64,000 nucleotides of DNA, taken from positions 14,298-78,297 of the forward strand of contig CAYWEE010000001.1 in NCBI GenBank assembly GCA_964457295.1. The letters are read 5' to 3'. The translations under genes were made by a program, and so were the position numbers. Below the pieces are notes generated by a model. That model had not been told where the DNA came from, did not search any database, and worked only from the letters and a program-made list of their open reading frames with translations. The stretch comes from an uncultured Gammaproteobacteria bacterium (GTDB lineage: Bacteria > Patescibacteriota > Patescibacteriia > 2-12-FULL-60-25). Shown here in pieces: positions 8,051-17,131 of this stretch (positions are counted from its first letter, which is position 1; every line of letters starts with the position of its first letter).

Positions 8051-9301
8051 ATGAAAACGGCGAAACATTTTTCTCTTGATCAAGAGCCAACATTCATTGA
8101 GGCATTGGAAACGAAAACTTCCCCTGTTGGGAGCAGAAGAGATGTCAAAGAGTCCGGTCCGACGAATATAGATGCGAATCCATTTGGTACGTATGCTCAT
8201 GACAAGCGGAAGGCTTTATTTGCCGCTGTTGAGGATGTAGCGCCTACTTCCGGTATGCGCTCCCGTCGTTCCGGTAAAATTGAACTTCCTAAAAAAGCAA
8301 GAGTTATCGGTCAGGGCGGGGAGCATTTGGTGTTTGCATTCGAGGACCCGCGTCATAAAGGGTTTGTGCAGAAGGTTAATTTTCACCAAACACGTCCTGT
8401 TCTCGACGCGCATATACAAGGGCAGATTGCGCGTACGCAGGCGATTGAACGCATGGAAGCAGAAATGATAAAGCGGCGTGCGCAATTGCGTGAGTTGCGT
8501 GAGTATTTTGGATCACGTGCCGTTCCGGTCCAGCGGTTTTTCGTGCAAGAAGTTCCCGTGACGCGTGAGATCGTGGATTTATTATATCCCAAGGTTTTTG
8601 CTGCGGGGCACGAGATCCCAGCAACGTTGCCGGCTTGGGGATCATTGCAACGATATCTTGATCTACCAAAGGATAAAACGGTTTCACTAACGGGATACTA
8701 TCCAGAGAGTTCATATAATCGATATCACAAAGACCAAAAGAAGAGATTAGCGTCAATATATGAACCGGCGCATGATGTTCTTATCGGCAAATCCGTGGAT
8801 CATCTAGACCCCGAAGAAGAGCGGCAGTTGATTTTGGATATGTATCCTGGATTACATGCTGTCGCTGAAAAGGTTGAAGATGATTCGACATTTGCTGCAG
8901 CTTTGCAGAGTGCTGTGAAAAATATGATTCGATACACCAATGAGACACGTGTAGCTCTCGACCTCGCGGGAGGTGGGAATGTTGTGTTGGTTCAGGGAGA
9001 ACGTGGATGGGAGTTAAAAATGCCGGATCCATTGCCATTAGGGGATTTTACGTTGGAGGATATTGTAGTGGCATCTCGACAGGTGCGTAGAGGGGATGTA
9101 ATGGATGCTTCAGTGACGAATGCAAATGTGTTTAATGCATTGAACACGGTTCGTGTGATAAATGCACTCGCAATATTGTCCGGTTTGCCAGAAGAAGCTC
9201 GTTTGCGAATTCCAGAATTATCAGAGGTTCCAGCTAGTGCCTGGGCATCGATCTTTGGAGTCGAAACGCGCAAAGTAATGAAGGAAAATACGGTGGGATA
9301 A
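8051..9301 (+). CDS. Hypothetical protein, 416 aa, with protein-kinase-like motifs
   Basis: Glycine loop IGQGGEHLVFAF, a downstream Lys (FVQKV), DLAGGGNVVL (HRD-like D..N) and LKMPDP (DFG-like Asp). Fold assignment is inference. Confidence 0.65.
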   Translation: MKTAKHFSLDQEPTFIEALETKTSPVGSRRDVKESGPTNIDANPFGTYAHDKRKALFAAVEDVAPTSGMRSRRSGKIELPKKARVIGQGGEHLVFAFEDPRHKGFVQKVNFHQTRPVLDAHIQGQIARTQAIERMEAEMIKRRAQLRELREYFGSRAVPVQRFFVQEVPVTREIVDLLYPKVFAAGHEIPATLPAWGSLQRYLDLPKDKTVSLTGYYPESSYNRYHKDQKKRLASIYEPAHDVLIGKSVDHLDPEEERQLILDMYPGLHAVAEKVEDDSTFAAALQSAVKNMIRYTNETRVALDLAGGGNVVLVQGERGWELKMPDPLPLGDFTLEDIVVASRQVRRGDVMDASVTNANVFNALNTVRVINALAILSGLPEEARLRIPELSEVPASAWASIFGVETRKVMKENTVG

Positions 9302-9311
9302 GTTAAGTGAT

Positions 9312-9557
9312 ATGTGGTCTATCTATCTCGTGCGTTGTGCCGATGGAAGTTTATATACCGGAATTTCTACCGATGTTTTGAAGCGCATCGAATGTCATAA
9401 TGCTGCCAAAGGGGCGGCGTACACGCGGAGTCGACGTCCGGTGGTTTTGGTGTGGCACGAAGCTGCGGCTTCGGAATCTGCAGCGCGCAAACGTGAGGCT
9501 GAGATTAAACGGTGGAGTAAGACGCAAAAAGAAAGGTTTGTGGCCGTGCCACGGTAG
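9312..9557 (+). CDS. GIY-YIG nuclease-domain protein (YhbQ/UPF0213-like)
   Basis: 81 aa. IYLVRCADGSLYTGISTD...RIECHN...REAEIKRWSK matches the GIY-YIG core. Confidence 0.85.
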   Translation: MWSIYLVRCADGSLYTGISTDVLKRIECHNAAKGAAYTRSRRPVVLVWHEAAASESAARKREAEIKRWSKTQKERFVAVPR

Positions 9558-9578
9558 GTCGTTCGCGAACGACCTACC
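9553..9578. terminator. Perfect palindrome hairpin after the GIY-YIG gene
   Basis: GGTAGGTCGTTCG/CGAACGACCTACC overlaps the TAG stop. Confidence 0.6.
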
Positions 9579-9596
9579 ACGTGACCGCGCAAAAGC

Positions 9597-9624
9597 AAAA
9601 CCGCACCAATAAAGGCGCGGTTTT
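9597..9624. terminator. Bidirectional intrinsic terminator (serves tRNA-Gln on the minus strand)
   Basis: AAAACCGCACC-AATAAA-GGCGCGGTTTT, with A-run and T-run flanks, 3 nt from the tRNA 3' end. Confidence 0.65.
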
Positions 9625-9627
9625 ACG

Positions 9628-9701
9628 TGGCTCGGGGACCTGGGCTCGAACCAGGATTCACGGCTTCAAAGGCCGCTGTCCTACCATTAGACGATCCCCG
9701 A
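9628..9701 (-). tRNA. tRNA-Gln (anticodon UUG), CCA encoded
   Basis: The reverse complement folds as a cloverleaf. Acceptor TCGGGGA/TCCCCGA, D arm GTCT-AATGGTA-GGAC, anticodon arm GCGGC-CTTTGAA-GCCGT, T arm CCTGG-TTCGAGC-CCAGG, discriminator G plus CCA. Confidence 0.95.
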
Positions 9702-9710
9702 AAGGCGAAC

Positions 9711-9823
9711 GCTCTGATTTGGCGAGCTTCGGGCGCTTCGCCTGGAAATATCCTCAACGTACGTCATAGTACGTCTCCGGTATTTCCGTGCTCCAGCATC
9801 CCGAATCTCATCCAAATCAGAGC
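9711..9823. repeat. ~113-bp imperfect palindrome, ERIC-like element, copy A (candidate structured RNA)
   Basis: Outer stem GCTCTGATTTGG/CCAAATCAGAGC, inner GGAAATA/TATTTCC, apical ACGTAC/GTACGT. Homologous copy at 47176-47297. Confidence 0.8.
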
Positions 9824-9852
9824 CTTCGAGATACCGTATAAGCGGGATTAGT

Positions 9853-10410
9853 ATGGCGCGAGACGAGGCTTTCGTCAATGGATATGCTACCCTGGGACTT
9901 ATGACCATTCCAAGCTTTGAGGTGTTTGCCTCGCAGATTGAAGATTATATCCAGGTTTTTGATCGGTTTGCTTTTGGGAATGAGCTCGTAGGAAAAGCTG
10001 GTGCCGATCATATCTGCTGGAAGTGTGAGACCACGGCTGAGTTCGAGACGATGCGTGCGATGTGCGAACCTCAGAGCCTGTATCTGTATCAATCCTATAT
10101 TTCAGGTCGGCGCATTGCCTATTTCAAGTTTGCACATCCATTCATAACCTCCCTTGGGTCTATTTATTTTTTGGAGTTGGCTGATCAAAAACCTGATCAG
10201 AGTCAAACCAGTGGATTGGATCATATCGAAATCTATCCTCACGGCACCTCGGTTGGGACTCTCGTTAGCCACCTGGAATCTCACAACGTTGTCCTTCAAA
10301 AAATTGTGCGTCCGCATCATACAACGTTTGATCTGGCGATCGACGATCATCATATGATTCGTTTGGAGTCAGAGCCGCTCATTCAAAAAATTATAGCCAA
10401 AGAATTATGA
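9853..10410 (+). CDS. VOC-family protein, YecM-like
   Basis: ADHICWKC...GRRIAYFKF...GLDHIEIY follows the YecM layout. Confidence 0.65.
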   Translation: MARDEAFVNGYATLGLMTIPSFEVFASQIEDYIQVFDRFAFGNELVGKAGADHICWKCETTAEFETMRAMCEPQSLYLYQSYISGRRIAYFKFAHPFITSLGSIYFLELADQKPDQSQTSGLDHIEIYPHGTSVGTLVSHLESHNVVLQKIVRPHHTTFDLAIDDHHMIRLESEPLIQKIIAKEL

Positions 10411-10658
10411 GTCCTTCATTGAAGAATACGATGATTGAAGGTGTGGGTTGGTATGGTGCCGCAGCTATTTTGGGGGCGTACATCCTTTTGAGTTTTCATG
10501 TTTTAGCCCCTGATTCATTTTGGTATCAGGGTTTAAACGCGACAGGCGCCATCGCTATCGTCATAGATGCTTGGAAAGATCATAACTATCAACCCGTTGT
10601 TTTGAATCTGGTTTGGGCAGGTATTGCGATTGCTGCTCTTGTTCGGGTTTGGTTTTGA
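10407..10658 (+). CDS. Small 3-TM membrane protein (83 aa)
   Basis: ATGA overlap with the upstream gene. Three hydrophobic helices. Resembles small conserved membrane proteins of the CBU_0592 type (weak recall). Confidence 0.55.
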   Translation: MSPSLKNTMIEGVGWYGAAAILGAYILLSFHVLAPDSFWYQGLNATGAIAIVIDAWKDHNYQPVVLNLVWAGIAIAALVRVWF

Positions 10659-10673
10659 GTTTACATTATATAT

Positions 10674-11102
10674 ATGGATATCCGTCTCTTTGTGGCCGCT
10701 AAGGCCTTTGTGGTTTATCAAGGAAAGATTTTGATTCTTCAGGAATCCGGTCAATATCAGGATGGGACGAATGTGGGGAAATACGATGTGGTTGGTGGAC
10801 GGGTAAAACCGGGGGAGCGTTTTGATGATGGGTTGTTGCGCGAGATCAAAGAAGAGACGGGGTTAGATGTGGCCATTGGGCGGCCGTTTTTTGTGAATGA
10901 GTGGCGTCCGGTAGTGCGAGACGAGCCTTGGCAAATCGTTGGTATTTTCTTTTTGTGCGAAGCTACGACGGATCAGGTTCAATTGAGTGAAGATCATGCA
11001 GCGTATCAATGGATTGATCCGGCGGATTATACCCAGTATCCGCTAATTGAAAATTTACTACCGGCATTCGCGGAATATCTTCGTGTAGAGTCCAAAGTCT
11101 AA
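10674..11102 (+). CDS. NUDIX hydrolase
   Basis: Nudix box GGRVKPGERFDDGLLREIKEETGL. Confidence 0.85.
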   Translation: MDIRLFVAAKAFVVYQGKILILQESGQYQDGTNVGKYDVVGGRVKPGERFDDGLLREIKEETGLDVAIGRPFFVNEWRPVVRDEPWQIVGIFFLCEATTDQVQLSEDHAAYQWIDPADYTQYPLIENLLPAFAEYLRVESKV

Positions 11103-11411
11103 CTATTTTTTGATCCGATACAACGCGGCGTACGTTACCCCGCCGGCTCCATGCGTGGCTTCGGCGTCACGAAAATAGGGGACGAGGGCAGTTTGTTTTT
11201 GAAGCCAGGCATGAATGGCTTTGCGAAGCGTACCTGTGCCTCGACCGTGAATGATTTTTATCACTTCGGTGCCACGCATCATTTCGCGGTGCAGGAAGGT
11301 TTCTAAACGATCTAGCGCAAGATTCACGTTTTCTTCATGCAGATCTATCGATGGCGCTTCACCAATTTCGGCCGCGAAAATTGCGGCTTCGTATGGGGAT
11401 GTTGTTTTCAT
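11103..11411 (-). CDS. Smr-domain protein
   Basis: IDLHEENVNLALDRLETFL...IKIIHGRGTGTLRKAIHAWL is the Smr/MutS2 C-terminal domain. ATG at 11411 lies 2 nt after the upstream stop (alternative GTG at 11426). Confidence 0.8.
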   Translation of the reverse strand: MKTTSPYEAAIFAAEIGEAPSIDLHEENVNLALDRLETFLHREMMRGTEVIKIIHGRGTGTLRKAIHAWLQKQTALVPYFRDAEATHGAGGVTYAALYRIKK

Positions 11412-11413
11412 GT

Positions 11414-13084
11414 TCAATATACGCACCCTTCAAAAACAAGTTGTCCTTCTTTTTGGCGTCGCAACGTATCATCATACTTGGGACATTGATTTGCCCATCG
11501 TGTCTCATTATCGTCGGGAATAATGATAGAAGCTCCACGAAGATATTCCTCGATTTCTTTTTCATTCTGGATAAATGAAGCTGTTTCTTGCGCTAGTTCT
11601 ATTACGAGTAGTCCTTGGTTGATTTCAAGAGCGATGTGTTCAGGATCTTTTTGATATAGCGCATGAAGATTGAAATGGGGAAAGTACGATAAGGTTAATT
11701 TATCTTTTACGTCCCCTGGTGGCTGAATGTCGGATTCTAGTTTAAAAAACGGTGTACGAGTTTTCAGGTAATCGGATCCGCTTTGAAAAGCGATCTCTCT
11801 CCAGGGGGTCTCTGGGGTTGAGGTGGATGATAAGCTGGGGAGATGAAAGAAGTCATTGTCTGGAACTTCATGTGGCTTTTCCTGGAAACGTTCGAGGTAG
11901 AAACGCATTGTACGAGTTATCGGGGTTTCTCCCTCCGAATTTACGATCAAACGATATCCCACCCCTTCTATCCAAAATTGGTAGACGCGACGATTATCGT
12001 ATCCAGCATACGCAGCAATCGTTTTTTGTTGTCCTGTTTGTAGGTCAAAAACAGCGATATTAGCAGTTCCTGCGCTTACGGTACGTCCCATGGTCATCCA
12101 GTGTTCGTGTGCTCCATTAATGACCGGAAAATATGTACAGCCTCCTAATCCGCATCCTGAACGAAGAGAGAATGCTTGAATGTCTCCCGGTACTATTTTC
12201 ACGGTGTTTGAGGTCAAGGAGTATATCCCCACGGCTTTTTCTTTGGTCTGAAAGAATATTCTGTCTCCCCACGGATCAATAAACAGAGGACGTGTGAGGT
12301 CTCGATCGGGAAATTTGAGATCAGGAAGAGGGAGTTCTTTGCCTTGGGCATCAATAACCACATACTGTTCTTCTTGGGTACGGAATAGTCGATAGGGTCG
12401 CTGCGCAAGCTGGATGAATTTGGTAGCTTGTTTCGCGTCATCTCGATAGATATGGCGATATCGCCGTTCTTGTTCGCGTAACTCCGTTTGGCGCTCTTGA
12501 GAGCGTAGGTGGGCGCGCTGAGAACGTATGTGTTGAATGCCCCATACTCCCATCACTATGCTTATAAATAGCGCTACAGAAATGACGAGCGTGCGACGTT
12601 TGGAGAGGTGGCCAATTTGAGATAAACCAATGTAGATAAGGCCGAACACAATTTCTGTACCTACCGTAGGGACGCTTAACAGAAGCCCGCTGCCGAGAGA
12701 TAGCCCAATGATTTTAGACCACGAGATTATATTCCACGATAGTGGCTCTGCGCTGAGGCCGTTTAGAGCATATTTAGTGATGACGATCAGAACGAATGCG
12801 AGGAGTTGTATAGCAAGACCAATAAAAAATCGTTGAACGGTTATACGTAGACCTTGTACCCTCAGAGATTTGTATAAAAAATACATGACTGAGGATAATG
12901 CGGCGACCGGAAGGATGATAAAGAATAAAGGAGCGACAAGACGCAATCCATCGAGCCAGTGAGGTGAATCATCTCCACGCAGAAGCCGGATCCAAAAAGA
13001 GCCAGTTAGTAAGGCGAGGATGAGGAGGGCGATTGGTGGAACGATCCAGGCATAGGATTTAAGCGTTCGTCCAGGGATATTCAT
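11414..13084 (-). CDS. Hypothetical polytopic membrane protein, 556 aa, with a large C-terminal soluble domain
   Basis: About 6 N-terminal TM helices, a charged coil (RSQRAHLRSQERQTELREQERRYR), then ~330 aa of unknown domain. AT-richer than neighbours by eye. Confidence 0.6.
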   Translation of the reverse strand: MNIPGRTLKSYAWIVPPIALLILALLTGSFWIRLLRGDDSPHWLDGLRLVAPLFFIILPVAALSSVMYFLYKSLRVQGLRITVQRFFIGLAIQLLAFVLIVITKYALNGLSAEPLSWNIISWSKIIGLSLGSGLLLSVPTVGTEIVFGLIYIGLSQIGHLSKRRTLVISVALFISIVMGVWGIQHIRSQRAHLRSQERQTELREQERRYRHIYRDDAKQATKFIQLAQRPYRLFRTQEEQYVVIDAQGKELPLPDLKFPDRDLTRPLFIDPWGDRIFFQTKEKAVGIYSLTSNTVKIVPGDIQAFSLRSGCGLGGCTYFPVINGAHEHWMTMGRTVSAGTANIAVFDLQTGQQKTIAAYAGYDNRRVYQFWIEGVGYRLIVNSEGETPITRTMRFYLERFQEKPHEVPDNDFFHLPSLSSTSTPETPWREIAFQSGSDYLKTRTPFFKLESDIQPPGDVKDKLTLSYFPHFNLHALYQKDPEHIALEINQGLLVIELAQETASFIQNEKEIEEYLRGASIIIPDDNETRWANQCPKYDDTLRRQKEGQLVFEGCVY

Positions 13085-13087
13085 ATA

Positions 13088-13459
13088 TTGAGCTTTCGTT
13101 TCAATGACGGTAGCATGGCAGGCATGTCACATCCATTTAGTGAGGGTCATCCGGGAACATTGGCATCGGTGGGTCGGGTCGAAGAGTGGGAAGATGGCCA
13201 GGCCCGTGAGGTAAAAGTACATAAAAAACCTATGACCGTGGTCCGTATGGGCGAGCGGTTTTTTGCTGTTAACAGCATCTGTCCACATATGGGTGGTCCG
13301 CTATCTTGCGGCAAAGTTGCTCGAGGGAGTGTGCATTGTCCGTGGCATGATTGGTCGTTTGATGTGGAGACTGGTCTTTCGCCGAACGGTCATCGCATTG
13401 ATCGGTATCATACCGAGGTGAAGGATGGTCAGGTGATGGTGGGATGGATCAAGTCATAA
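13088..13459 (+). CDS. Rieske [2Fe-2S] domain protein (NirD-like)
   Basis: CPHMGGPL...CPWHDWSF (CxH...CxxH). TTG start at 13088, alternative ATG at 13115. Confidence 0.8.
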   Translation: MSFRFNDGSMAGMSHPFSEGHPGTLASVGRVEEWEDGQAREVKVHKKPMTVVRMGERFFAVNSICPHMGGPLSCGKVARGSVHCPWHDWSFDVETGLSPNGHRIDRYHTEVKDGQVMVGWIKS

Positions 13460-13460
13460 T

Positions 13461-14102
13461 ATGCATCGTCTACAAGTTGCATGGCGCCTGTTTCTTCGTC
13501 TCGGTTTGATCGTGTGTGTGTTGATTTCGATCGTTATTGTCGTGGGAGTCGTTTGGGAAACGGTTGATACAGATCCCGTTGTTCCCGCGGTGTTCGTTCC
13601 CGATGAGCCCGTCGCTTCGAGTTCTTCAGTCGTTAGCATCCCTGTTGCGACTTCGACACCGACGATCCAAACCAACGCCTTGGTTGTGCGCACGGTAGAT
13701 GGAGATACGATAGAAGTCCGCATTGACGGCGAAGCGCAAGATCAGCGCGTGCGTCTTTTAGGCATCAATACTCCCGAGACGGTAGATCCGCGTCGACCGG
13801 TGCAATGTTTTGGTAAAGCCGCATCTGAATATCTGAAAACACTTCTTGAAGGCAAACGTGTCTTATTGAAGCCGGATGTTTTGGCTGATGAACGTGATAA
13901 ATACAATCGTTTGCTCCGCAATGTCATTTTAGAGGACGGCACCGACGTCAATGCTCTGATGGTACGTGAGGGATATGCCTCGGCGTATCTGTCGTTTCCG
14001 CTTGATCCGGCGCGTAAGCGTGAGTTGAAGGATCTCGAAAAAGATGCCAAGCTAAAAGAGAACGGGCTGTGGTCTCCTAATACCTGTAACGGACGTTCTT
14101 AA
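13461..14102 (+). CDS. Membrane-anchored thermonuclease (SNase family)
   Basis: N-terminal TM, then VVRTVDGDTIEV...RVRLLGINTPET...DKYNRLLRNV...REGYA. Confidence 0.85.
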   Translation: MHRLQVAWRLFLRLGLIVCVLISIVIVVGVVWETVDTDPVVPAVFVPDEPVASSSSVVSIPVATSTPTIQTNALVVRTVDGDTIEVRIDGEAQDQRVRLLGINTPETVDPRRPVQCFGKAASEYLKTLLEGKRVLLKPDVLADERDKYNRLLRNVILEDGTDVNALMVREGYASAYLSFPLDPARKRELKDLEKDAKLKENGLWSPNTCNGRS

Positions 14103-14146
14103 GGAGGGCCCTGCACCGTCCGGTGCGGGGTGCCCCTACCATATAT

Positions 14147-15262
14147 ATGTTGATTGTAAAACACGTTTCTCTCGCTACGCTTATCTGGATTCGCCGGGTG
14201 ATGCTATGGGTGGCATTGCTCGGACTTTTTGCGTCCACGTATCTTTTGATTACCTATGTCTCTGGTACGCCCATCGTGTGTGGTTTGGTGAGCGGGTGTG
14301 AGGCGGTACGAGCATCGTCGTGGTCGTATACATTTGGCATCCCGCGTCCGGCATTGGGGGTAGCGTTTTATCTTGCGATCATCGGTTTGTTGATTTATCG
14401 CGTATACGCCCCGCATCATCTTCGACGGTGGAGCAATGTGAGTTGGTTATTAACGTTCGTCGGTTTTATCGAGTCCGGTTTTTTGACCCTAGTCCAATGG
14501 ATTGATATCAAGGCGTTTTGTATTTGGTGCTTGGTTTCGGCGGTCGCTTCGACGGTATTGTTCGTGCTGTCCTTTTTTGATGCTGAGGATCGTTTAGATA
14601 CGCGGATGGCGTTTCGTGAATTAAAAACGATTCTATTTTCATTCATTGTTGCCATGATTGCGGGTGGTTTGGGGTTGTATCTTTTGCTTGCCGCCCCATT
14701 GCGTGGAGAAAAGATTATTGAAAATGTTGTCGCTAAAGATCCGCAGGCTGCCGGCCTGATCCTTCCTACGACGCCGGTAGAGGGGCCCGTAAGTTCGACG
14801 GTCACCATTATTGAGTTTTTGGATTTTGAGTGTCCTGGCTGTGCAGCGTTTCACCCGGTTATGCAGCGGATTCGTCAGGAGTTTGCGGGCCGCATTCGCT
14901 ATGCGCAGCGTTTGTTTCCATTGGTCGAGACGCACCCGCATGCTAAAGGAGCGGCGATTGCTGCTGTTTGTGCGCAGCGACAGAATCAGTATTATCCCTA
15001 TGCGGATGCCTTAATCGTGAACCGTGACCATCTTACCCGTGATGATCTTATTCATTATGCCGAGGCCTTGCGTTTGGATCGTGCCGCTTTTGTGACCTGT
15101 CTTGATGATCCTACCGCCGCCGAAGTTGTTATCGCTGAACGCAAAGCTGGTGAAGCACTCGGTATTGATAGTACGCCAACCATCTTTTTAAACGACGCTG
15201 TTTTTGAAGGAATTCCAAGCTATGAACAACTCCGCACTCTCATCGAACAAGGCCTTAAATAA
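14147..15262 (+). CDS. Vitamin K epoxide reductase (VKOR) fused to a DsbA/thioredoxin-like domain
   Basis: VKOR core with a CGLVSGC loop cysteine pair and CIWC active site in TM4, then FLDFECPGCAAFHP. ATG at 14147 (tracked GTG at 14123 lies inside a hairpin). Confidence 0.8.
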   Translation: MLIVKHVSLATLIWIRRVMLWVALLGLFASTYLLITYVSGTPIVCGLVSGCEAVRASSWSYTFGIPRPALGVAFYLAIIGLLIYRVYAPHHLRRWSNVSWLLTFVGFIESGFLTLVQWIDIKAFCIWCLVSAVASTVLFVLSFFDAEDRLDTRMAFRELKTILFSFIVAMIAGGLGLYLLLAAPLRGEKIIENVVAKDPQAAGLILPTTPVEGPVSSTVTIIEFLDFECPGCAAFHPVMQRIRQEFAGRIRYAQRLFPLVETHPHAKGAAIAAVCAQRQNQYYPYADALIVNRDHLTRDDLIHYAEALRLDRAAFVTCLDDPTAAEVVIAERKAGEALGIDSTPTIFLNDAVFEGIPSYEQLRTLIEQGLK

Positions 15263-16772
15263 AACGACGTCGTTTTCTGTCGCCTTTCGTCAGGCGAATG
15301 CCGTGACGGCATCATGCGACCTATTGGTCGTGTGCGCGTTTCAAGATGCAAAGCGTTTGTCGCCAGTAGCCGTCGAGATTGATGCGCTTCTTGAGGGAGC
15401 GTTGAGTACAGCATTAGAGCAGGATCGTTTTGTGGCCACACTTGGGTCTTCGTGTGTGCTTCCCACGTTTGGCAAATTAAAGGCGCGGAAAGTTGCTGTG
15501 ATGGGGTTGGGTTTAAAAGCGGATTGTCGTCTCGATCATTTGCGTCGTGTTGCTGCTGCGGCGGTCAAGCTTGCCGGTGCTGCGTGTAGCGCCGAAGTGG
15601 TTATCGCTCTTCCATCTGTGGCTGATCTTGATCCGCGTCACATCGTCGAAGCGATGACGGAGGGAGCGTATCTTTCGGCGTATCGTTTTCATACCTATCA
15701 CGGAACGTTACGCAAAGCCGAGGCAGACAAGCATCGGGTCACACGGGTGATACTGATGGAGAATGATTCGCGTCAGGCGCGTGGGTGTCGTGAGGCTGTG
15801 GAGCACGGACGTGTTGTCTCAGAGGCGACCTGTTATGCGCGAGACTTGGTGAATACCCCTTCTGGTCACATGACGCCAAAGCATCTGGTCGAGGAGGCAA
15901 AGAAATGGGTGGGGAAGTCTCTGACGTTGACGGTAATGGATCGTGCGGCCATGGAGCGTAAAAAAATGCATGCGGCGCTTGCAGTCGCCGCAGGATCGCA
16001 ACACGAGCCATACGGCGTTCATCTCATCTATCGTCCACGCGGCGCAAAGAAGCGCATCGTCTTGGTCGGTAAAGCGGTAACGTTTGATTCCGGAGGGTTA
16101 TCTTTGAAGCCTGCCGATGCCATGATGACGATGAAGATTGATATGGCCGGAGCCGCCACCGTTCTAGGGGTTTTTCAGGCCTTATCTCGTCTTGGTGCTG
16201 CGGTTGAAGTTCATGGGATTTTTCTGGCTGTTGAAAACATGCCAAGTGGCACGGCGTATCGTCCTGGTGATGTGGTAACGGCGATGGATGGTACGACCAT
16301 TGAGGTCTTGAATACAGATGCAGAGGGGCGTGTGACCTTGGCCGATGCATTGTCGTACGCCAAAACGCTTGAGCCGGATATGATTATTGATCTCGCGACC
16401 TTGACGGGTGCGTGTGTCGTGGCGCTCGGCGAAGAGATCGCCGGATTGATGGGGAATGATGAGAAGTTGATTCGACGTCTCAAAGAAGCGGGGGAGGTGA
16501 CGGGCGAAGCGATTTGGGAGTTGCCGTTGTTCTCTCCATACATGGAATTGATCAAATCAAAGATCGCGGATTTAAAGAATATTGGTGGGAAAGCCGCAGG
16601 AGCCATCACGGCCGGTCTATTCCTGAAGCCCTTCGTCGGAGATATTCCGTGGGCCCATATTGATCTCGCTGGTCCGTCATACATCGAACGTGAGACTCGT
16701 CCCGATCTGCCCTACGGCGCATCGGGGTATGGCGTGAGACTGCTCGTGTCATTTTTGGAGAAGTTGAAATAA
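15222..16772 (+). CDS. pepA: Leucyl aminopeptidase (M17)
   Basis: VGKAVTFDSGGLSLKP and NTDAEGRVTLADAL signatures. The start overlaps the end of the VKOR gene. Confidence 0.9.
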   Translation: MNNSALSSNKALNKTTSFSVAFRQANAVTASCDLLVVCAFQDAKRLSPVAVEIDALLEGALSTALEQDRFVATLGSSCVLPTFGKLKARKVAVMGLGLKADCRLDHLRRVAAAAVKLAGAACSAEVVIALPSVADLDPRHIVEAMTEGAYLSAYRFHTYHGTLRKAEADKHRVTRVILMENDSRQARGCREAVEHGRVVSEATCYARDLVNTPSGHMTPKHLVEEAKKWVGKSLTLTVMDRAAMERKKMHAALAVAAGSQHEPYGVHLIYRPRGAKKRIVLVGKAVTFDSGGLSLKPADAMMTMKIDMAGAATVLGVFQALSRLGAAVEVHGIFLAVENMPSGTAYRPGDVVTAMDGTTIEVLNTDAEGRVTLADALSYAKTLEPDMIIDLATLTGACVVALGEEIAGLMGNDEKLIRRLKEAGEVTGEAIWELPLFSPYMELIKSKIADLKNIGGKAAGAITAGLFLKPFVGDIPWAHIDLAGPSYIERETRPDLPYGASGYGVRLLVSFLEKLK

Positions 16773-16809
16773 AAAGAAATAGGTTGGGGATAAGTGGAAA
16801 AGAAAAAAG

Positions 16810-16818
16810 TGGTATACT
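16810..16818 (+). promoter_or_regulatory. Candidate extended -10 promoter element TGGTATACT
   Basis: TGnTATACT lies 42 nt upstream of the glutaredoxin ATG. The same consensus occurs at 43321 and, as TGCTACACT, at 34060. Confidence 0.35.
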
Positions 16819-16859
16819 CTTTTTAATCTTTACGCTTTCGTGAATTTTATTTTCAATCT

Positions 16860-17123
16860 ATGACGATCAAAGTTTACTCAACGCCTACGTGTCCGTACTG
16901 TAAGTTGGCCAAAGAATTTTTAACGGAGAAGGGTGTGCCGTTTATGGATATTGATGTTTCTGCTGATTCGGCGGCGGCTAATGAGATGGTCAAAAAGTCT
17001 GGTCAAATGGGTGTACCGGTTTTGGATATCGACGGCATGATCATTGTGGGGTGGAATAAATCCGAAATTGAAAAGGCGATTATGGCGAAGCATGTGGCTA
17101 AGCCAACCAAGATGACGGCGTAA
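16860..17123 (+). CDS. Glutaredoxin/NrdH-like redoxin
   Basis: 87 aa. CPYC active site (STPTCPYCKLAKEFL). Confidence 0.85.
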   Translation: MTIKVYSTPTCPYCKLAKEFLTEKGVPFMDIDVSADSAAANEMVKKSGQMGVPVLDIDGMIIVGWNKSEIEKAIMAKHVAKPTKMTA

Positions 17124-17131
17124 CAATCAAT

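Noticed and set aside
9711-9823. The long hairpin was considered as SRP (4.5S) or 6S RNA.
   Set aside because: There is no GGAA-capped domain IV or AGCA-type SRP motifs. The element is present in two copies, one inside an operon, which is not expected for SRP or 6S genes.
9627-9851. The tracked 74-aa ORF, and the first 42 codons of ORF 47167..48105, have similar peptides (ASGASPGNIL / GELRALRSKI).
   Set aside because: Both are read-through translations of the ERIC-like palindrome. ORF 9627 also overlaps the tRNA-Gln gene. The real downstream gene starts at Met 47293.
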